A stretch of DNA of 63,958 bases, filler included. It is 4 parts of 4 records of this genome, joined end to end, with 100 filler letters (N's around TTAATTAATTAA, not from the genome) between each part and the next. Parts side by side here need not be neighbours in the genome. Positions count along the whole stretch, not along the records: positions 43,905 to 63,958 come from SRR22947725_5393; 3 more parts are not named here. The stretch is one strand, 5' to 3'. Shown piece after piece: positions 58,885-63,958 of this stretch. The position numbers and the translations under genes were made by a program. The notes below the pieces were generated by a model. That model made no database searches, had not been told where the DNA came from, and saw only the letters and a list, made by a program, of their open reading frames with translations. Numbering within the stretch: the stretch's first letter is position 1; every line of letters begins with the position of its first letter.

Positions 58885-60879
58885 ATGTATGTCACCTCTC
58901 ATTTCTTAATATCATCACTGGCTTGGGTGACCCTCGTTTCTGCATGGGCACAAAGCCCAACTGGAGTGGGCTCCGAATCCGCTAAAGCCCAATTAAAACG
59001 CATGCAAACAGCTGAAGGTTTGGGGGTTCAATTATTTGCCTCCGAGCCCATGGTGTTGAATCCAACCAGCCTTGATATCGACCCCAGAGGAAGAGTTTGG
59101 GTGACGGAGGGAGTCAATTACCGTCAATGGCAGGCATGGGGTAAATTGCGTCCCGACGGGGATCGCATCCTGATCCTCGAAGATAACGACCAGGATGGTG
59201 AAGCCGATAAAAGCACGGTTTTTTATCAAGGCAATGACATTAATTCTGCTCAGGGTATTTGCGTGCTTGAGAATAAAATTTTCGTGGCATGCTCACCTGA
59301 TATCATCGTTTTAACTGATACGGATGGCGATGATAAGGCTGACAAGAAAGAGGTGTTATTCACGGGCATTGGAGGCGTTGACCATGACCAGGGCGTGCAT
59401 GGACCTGTCATTGGTCCGGATGGTAAGCTCTATTTCAACTTTGGAAACCAGGGTTCACAAATTTCTCATGCCAACGGAAGTCCGGTAACCGACCTGATGG
59501 GGCGCACCGTCAGGGCCAATGGCAACCCATACTGGGGAGGAATGGCATTCCGATGCCGTATGGACGGAAGCAAGTTTGAAGTTATTGGGCATAATTTCAG
59601 AAATCCATTCGAGCTGGCGGTGGATTCTTTTGGAGCGGTATGGCAATCGGATCAAGCTGACCAGGGAACCCGGGCAGCGAGGATCAACGAGGTTTTTGAA
59701 TGTGGTAATTTTGGATATCTGGATGAGCTTACAGGAGCTAGCTGGATTGAGAACCGTCTTAATATGGCGAAGGAAATCCCTCTGAGGCATTGGCACGAGC
59801 ATGATCCCGGTGTGATACCAGCTCTTTTGAATATTGGCGAAGGGATACCAAAAGGCATCATTGTCTATGAGGGAACTTTGTTAGCCACTCAATTCCAGAA
59901 CCAGATCATCTATTGCGACTCACAGAAGCAAGCGGTCCACGGATTATTAACGGAAAAGATCGGCAATGGAGGAAAAACTGTCATTCAGAATATCTTATCG
60001 TCCAAGCATCCATGGTTTCGCCCCTGTGATGTAGGCACTGCACCAGACGGATCGCTGATGATTGCTGATTGGAACGATGCCACAAGCGCGGAAAATCTGA
60101 TGACAGACCAGCAACTGGATTCAATGAGTGGACGTATCTATCGCATCGCACCTCTTGAGAAAACAAATTATACCATCCTGCAACCATCCCTTGATTCAGG
60201 AAAAAGGGCCGTTCAGGCGTTGAAATCTCCAAATGCTTCAACGAGATATTCGGCTTGGAGGCGCTTGAAGGAAATTGGTAATAAAGCCACACCGGAACTA
60301 CTCGCACTTTGGCGCAGCACCACACCTCATTTCAGAGCGCGGGCACTTCACTTACTGGGGCGCCTCAAATATACGTCAAATCCTTATTTGATCGAAGCAA
60401 TGAGCGATGAAAATGCGTCCGTTCGAGCTACTGCCATAAGAATAGCTCGCGAGCAAAAAATGCGTGTTATTGATTTAATAAAACGCGCGGTCAGAGACGC
60501 ATCTCCTGCGGTGCGGCGAGAGTGCGCCATTGCATTGAATCACTCAAAATCCACTCTTGCTCCTGAATTATGGGCAACAATCGCCATGCAATACAGCGGT
60601 AAGGACCGGTTCTATCTGGAAGCTCTGGGTATCGGGGCTCAAGGCAATGAAGACGCCTTTTTTGAGGCTTGGATGAACCTTGTGAACGATGATTGGAATA
60701 CCCCAGCAGGAAGGGATATTATATGGAGAAGCCGAAGCAAGTTCACACCAGCAAAACTAGTTCTATTCATCAAGGACCCGTCAATCGATGAGTCAGAAAA
60801 AACTCGCTACCGCAGAGCATTGGATTTTTTAGAAGGCCCGGAAAAAGATGCCGCTCTTCTGCAGTTACTGGGTGAATAA
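58885..60879 (+). CDS. PVC-type membrane-bound dehydrogenase-like beta-propeller with HEAT repeats, no CxxCH domain
   Basis: LFASEP...NP...DID.RGRVWV.E..NYR, ILED.D.DG.AD, GPDGKLYFN.GN, HNFRN, FRP.DV..APDGSL..ADW; HEAT-like C-terminus. Confidence 0.85.
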   Translation: MYVTSHFLISSLAWVTLVSAWAQSPTGVGSESAKAQLKRMQTAEGLGVQLFASEPMVLNPTSLDIDPRGRVWVTEGVNYRQWQAWGKLRPDGDRILILEDNDQDGEADKSTVFYQGNDINSAQGICVLENKIFVACSPDIIVLTDTDGDDKADKKEVLFTGIGGVDHDQGVHGPVIGPDGKLYFNFGNQGSQISHANGSPVTDLMGRTVRANGNPYWGGMAFRCRMDGSKFEVIGHNFRNPFELAVDSFGAVWQSDQADQGTRAARINEVFECGNFGYLDELTGASWIENRLNMAKEIPLRHWHEHDPGVIPALLNIGEGIPKGIIVYEGTLLATQFQNQIIYCDSQKQAVHGLLTEKIGNGGKTVIQNILSSKHPWFRPCDVGTAPDGSLMIADWNDATSAENLMTDQQLDSMSGRIYRIAPLEKTNYTILQPSLDSGKRAVQALKSPNASTRYSAWRRLKEIGNKATPELLALWRSTTPHFRARALHLLGRLKYTSNPYLIEAMSDENASVRATAIRIAREQKMRVIDLIKRAVRDASPAVRRECAIALNHSKSTLAPELWATIAMQYSGKDRFYLEALGIGAQGNEDAFFEAWMNLVNDDWNTPAGRDIIWRSRSKFTPAKLVLFIKDPSIDESEKTRYRRALDFLEGPEKDAALLQLLGE

Positions 60880-60881
60880 GA

Positions 60882-62048
60882 CTACAACTTACTCAATGCA
60901 CAACCAGCAGAGGGTTGCGTGAGAAAAAAGTCTGCAGAAACACCAAATGCCTGAATATAATCGTGGGAAATGATTTGGATGACCCTTTCCACGGCTTCAG
61001 GTTCGACCAAACTCACGGCACAACCACCAAAACCCCCTCCTGTGATACGACAGCCATAAACACCTTCCCGACCTCCTAGACTTTGCATCCGATTGACAAT
61101 CCAATCCAATTCAGGGCAGGAAACTTCGAAATCATCGCGCAGTGAGAAATGACTTTGATAAAGTAATTCCCCCAATGACTGATAGTCACTTGCCTGAATT
61201 CGCTCGCATGCTTCCAGTGTCCGATGCATTTCAGAAATCACGTGTCGTCCACGCCGCAATTCCGCTTCATCCAGCTTGCCAGCGGATCCCAATAATTGCT
61301 CCATGGAAACAGATCTCCAGGATGCGCTGCCCAGCTTGAAAAGTGCAGATTCACATTGTGCCCTGCGAGATGCATATCCTCCATCCGTCAGCGCATGTTT
61401 CACGTTGGAATTGATGATCAATAGTGCCGGAAATTGCGCGCCTGCTTTGATGAGTTCATGAGTATTTGATTGGCAGTCGATTTTCAGAAAATGATCTTTT
61501 CTGGCAAGGCCGACGACGAACTGATCCATGATGCCGCAAGGCATCCCTACAAAATCACTTTCGACTTGCTGACACTTCAAGGCTTTCGCCACAGGATCCA
61601 ATTCGAGGCCCCAAACTTCCCCAATTAACGTGGCAAACGCCATTTCCAAAGCAGCGCTGCTGCTCAATCCGCTGCCATATGGAACATCTGATGCAATCGC
61701 CAATTTCAGTCCCACTGGTCTCGTTTCAAGGCGTCTCCAATATTCTACGACACCTATCACATAATCCGTCCATTTTCCGGAAGGAAGGAGCGGAGCATCC
61801 AAAGAAAACTGCACCTGTTGCTTTTCCTGCTCAGAATAGATCAGGATTTCCGAATGATTCACCGGAGAGGCCGCGATACTCAATCGACGATCAATGGCAG
61901 CTGGCAATACGAATCCATCGTTATAATCAATATGCTCTCCAATGAGATTAACCCGGCCCGGAGCATGGGCTACCCACTTGGGTTTTGATCCGAATTGTGC
62001 CTCGTAGCTTGCAATCGATCTTTGAAAAGATGTCACGGAATCAGACAA
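60882..62048 (-). CDS. galK: Galactokinase
   Basis: APGRVNLIGEHIDYNDG, GSGLSSSAA, CGIMDQ, G.R.TGGGFGGC. Confidence 0.95.
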   Translation of the reverse strand: MSDSVTSFQRSIASYEAQFGSKPKWVAHAPGRVNLIGEHIDYNDGFVLPAAIDRRLSIAASPVNHSEILIYSEQEKQQVQFSLDAPLLPSGKWTDYVIGVVEYWRRLETRPVGLKLAIASDVPYGSGLSSSAALEMAFATLIGEVWGLELDPVAKALKCQQVESDFVGMPCGIMDQFVVGLARKDHFLKIDCQSNTHELIKAGAQFPALLIINSNVKHALTDGGYASRRAQCESALFKLGSASWRSVSMEQLLGSAGKLDEAELRRGRHVISEMHRTLEACERIQASDYQSLGELLYQSHFSLRDDFEVSCPELDWIVNRMQSLGGREGVYGCRITGGGFGGCAVSLVEPEAVERVIQIISHDYIQAFGVSADFFLTQPSAGCALSKL

Positions 62049-62108
62049 AACTGTATATCAAAACTGTTCTTGGCACAGGGGGACTATCCACGTTTCGCAA
62101 TCAAGGAG

Positions 62109-63464
62109 CTAGATTTTCCAAGGTTTCCGGTAACTCTTATCCAACAAGGCATTCGCCTCAGGATCATCCAAGACCCTCTCGACACGCGCATCGTATTTTA
62201 GTTTACGCCCCAGCTGGTGAGATGCATATCCCAAATGACCGGGCGAAATGGATCGATGCCCCGTCTCCGCTGGGGCGATGCATTCCTTGCGCTGCGCCAC
62301 ACCTTCAATGAAATTACGGATGTGATCACTTGATTGATATACCTTTGCGGGGCCGGGATTAAAATCCTTGGCCACCCACCGTGAATCAGATGCCTCTAAC
62401 TTGCCTCGATTGACATAAATCCATCCGTTCTCGCCAATCCACTTGGTTCCCATTTGAAATCTTGAGCCGATCAACCACTCTATCTGACCTGGGTAAAGGC
62501 ATTGTATCTCGAATTCCACAGGAGTGTCATAGGCCGGAGTACTGGATTCGGTCCATCCGACCGCTTCAACTTCAAGAGGGCCTGAATCATCCATTCCTGC
62601 ACCCCAATGTGCAATATCGTTATGATGACCAATCCAGTCCATGATGTTGCCGCCACCATAAGCCAGATGCCCTCGCCATAATTGATGATGACGTGCCCGC
62701 ATGTAAGAAAGTAATGGCGCAGGGCCAGACCAGAAATCGTAATCCAAACTCTCAGGGATGGGTTCGGTCACAGCGGGAATACTTGGTTTTTTGTAGCCCG
62801 CAGGCAGCCCGACCTCAACGCGTTTGATCGAACCTAAGTGCCCGTTACGGACCAGCTCAACAGCTCGATGAAAATTTCCTGTTGATCTCTGCTGTGATCC
62901 GGTTTGAAAAATGGCCTTTCGCCTCAACACTTCGCGGTAAATCATTTTTCCTTCCATGAAAGTATGAGTAACCGGCTTTTCGCAATAAACGTCTTTCCCG
63001 TGCTTGAGTGCTTCCATGACCTGGTGGTAATGCCAATGATCCGGTGAAGCAACCACAATGGCATCCACATCCTGACGAGCACATAGAACACGAAAATCCT
63101 TGTCCGCATGACAGCCCTTGAAATCGCCGGATTTCTGTTTGTCTCCGTAGTATTGATCCACAGCACGTCTGGCCGCATTCAGACCAAATACCCGGCCTTT
63201 ACCCCAAGCATTGGATCGGTAGTGCTCCAGGTCCACATCACAGACAGCGGTAACCTGAACGTCTGCTTGCCTCAAAAAGGATTGCATGAGAGTAGACCCC
63301 CTGCCCCCTAGACCAATTACCCCGATGTTCAACCGATTCGATGGAGAGATATTCCTCGATTGCCCTCTCGTAATCAAAGGAACCACAAGACCTGCGGCAG
63401 AAAGCGCAATACTTTGTCGAAGGAATTGACGACGATTCAAAGGTGAGCAAGCTTGTTCAGACAT
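62109..63464 (-). CDS. Tat-exported Gfo/Idh/MocA oxidoreductase
   Basis: NRRQFL twin-arginine signal, IGVIGLGGRG, SPDHWH, YCEKP, QTGSQQRS, GG.IMDWIGHH.DIAHW. Confidence 0.92.
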   Translation of the reverse strand: MSEQACSPLNRRQFLRQSIALSAAGLVVPLITRGQSRNISPSNRLNIGVIGLGGRGSTLMQSFLRQADVQVTAVCDVDLEHYRSNAWGKGRVFGLNAARRAVDQYYGDKQKSGDFKGCHADKDFRVLCARQDVDAIVVASPDHWHYHQVMEALKHGKDVYCEKPVTHTFMEGKMIYREVLRRKAIFQTGSQQRSTGNFHRAVELVRNGHLGSIKRVEVGLPAGYKKPSIPAVTEPIPESLDYDFWSGPAPLLSYMRARHHQLWRGHLAYGGGNIMDWIGHHNDIAHWGAGMDDSGPLEVEAVGWTESSTPAYDTPVEFEIQCLYPGQIEWLIGSRFQMGTKWIGENGWIYVNRGKLEASDSRWVAKDFNPGPAKVYQSSDHIRNFIEGVAQRKECIAPAETGHRSISPGHLGYASHQLGRKLKYDARVERVLDDPEANALLDKSYRKPWKI

Positions 63465-63503
63465 GGTTGCATGCTATGAAATGAGCCCTGCCTTAAAAGA
63501 AAA

Positions 63504-63958
63504 TTATTGACTCAAAACGGACTCTAGCCAAGGTGCCACCGCATCAAACCACCGAAGCCCATGCTCCTTCAGACCTTCTGCACTGAAATGGACTCCCTGA
63601 CCATTTCGCTCTCTGAAATGCCCCTTGATTGCATCAGAATCCGGCCCCTTTAAAACAATTCCATCTCGCCAAAGTGAGGTCTGAGCTTCACGTATTTCAA
63701 CCGAGCTTTCATCTCCGGGAATGTGATAACTCACAAGAGCCACAAACCATGGAACATCCCTTGAAATCGCTTTCCTCGAGGCGAGAATGAGCTTTTCAAG
63801 ATATTCGCGATAAAGCTTCCCGGGAAGCGTGCGCGCAGGATCTCTCTGATTCGCATCACTTTCACCCTGGTGCCAGAGCACTGCCCGAAATCGCTGAGCC
63901 TGCAGCGATCTCATTCTGCCTAGAAACATGTCATAGGCTTCCCCCTTACTGGTCCATT
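63504..63958 (-). CDS. Sialate O-acetylesterase-like (SASA/SGNH) protein, C-terminal part (partial)
   Basis: VLWHQGESDAN and GVHFS..G motifs; frame open to the window end. Confidence 0.8.
   Translation of the reverse strand, partial: WTSKGEAYDMFLGRMRSLQAQRFRAVLWHQGESDANQRDPARTLPGKLYREYLEKLILASRKAISRDVPWFVALVSYHIPGDESSVEIREAQTSLWRDGIVLKGPDSDAIKGHFRERNGQGVHFSAEGLKEHGLRWFDAVAPWLESVLSQ

Noticed and set aside
43905..63958. Many short antisense and alternate-frame ORFs within contig D
   Set aside because: Shadows of well-supported genes, expected at higher GC; none shows a family motif.

Overview
The window is not one genome. It is four unrelated contigs joined by three identical artificial 100-bp linkers (N44-TTAATTAATTAA-N44 at 22127-22226, 36585-36684 and 43805-43904). 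Contig A (1-22126) is an AT-rich, streamlined gammaproteobacterial housekeeping region (SAR86-like by inference): nadK end, rhomboid, galU, pyrD, topA, lexA with an E. coli-type SOS box, 5'-nucleotidase-thrH-queH, prpBCD, an Ntn acylase, and aroC-leuCDB-asd-fimV-truA. Contig B (22227-36584) is AT-rich and alphaproteobacterial: priA start, fsa-xerC, katG with an Irr regulator and an ICE box, then a block of catabolic enzymes including an XylX homologue and a type II FMO. Contig C (36685-43804) is very AT-rich Bacteroidota/Flavobacteriia: ggt, glmM, a lipid A acyltransferase, a broken secreted-protein gene, rhomboid, TlpA, dld and the aroC start, with TAnnTTTG promoter elements. Contig D (43905-63958) is higher-GC and PVC-type (Verrucomicrobiota by inference): DUF1553, rhodanese, pyrE, M32 peptidase, an AraC relic, topB-xerC-CgeB, and a sugar-processing cluster (ketose epimerase, DUF1080, two ThuA, a heme-less PVC propeller, galK, Tat-exported Gfo/Idh/MocA, SASA esterase). 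I found no CRISPR array, tRNA/rRNA, prophage or recognisable defence system. The best candidates for something new are the putative extracytoplasmic 3-keto-glycoside cluster, the irr-ICE-katG module, and a perfect palindrome in front of topB-xerC. All family calls come from motif recognition by eye, not database searches.
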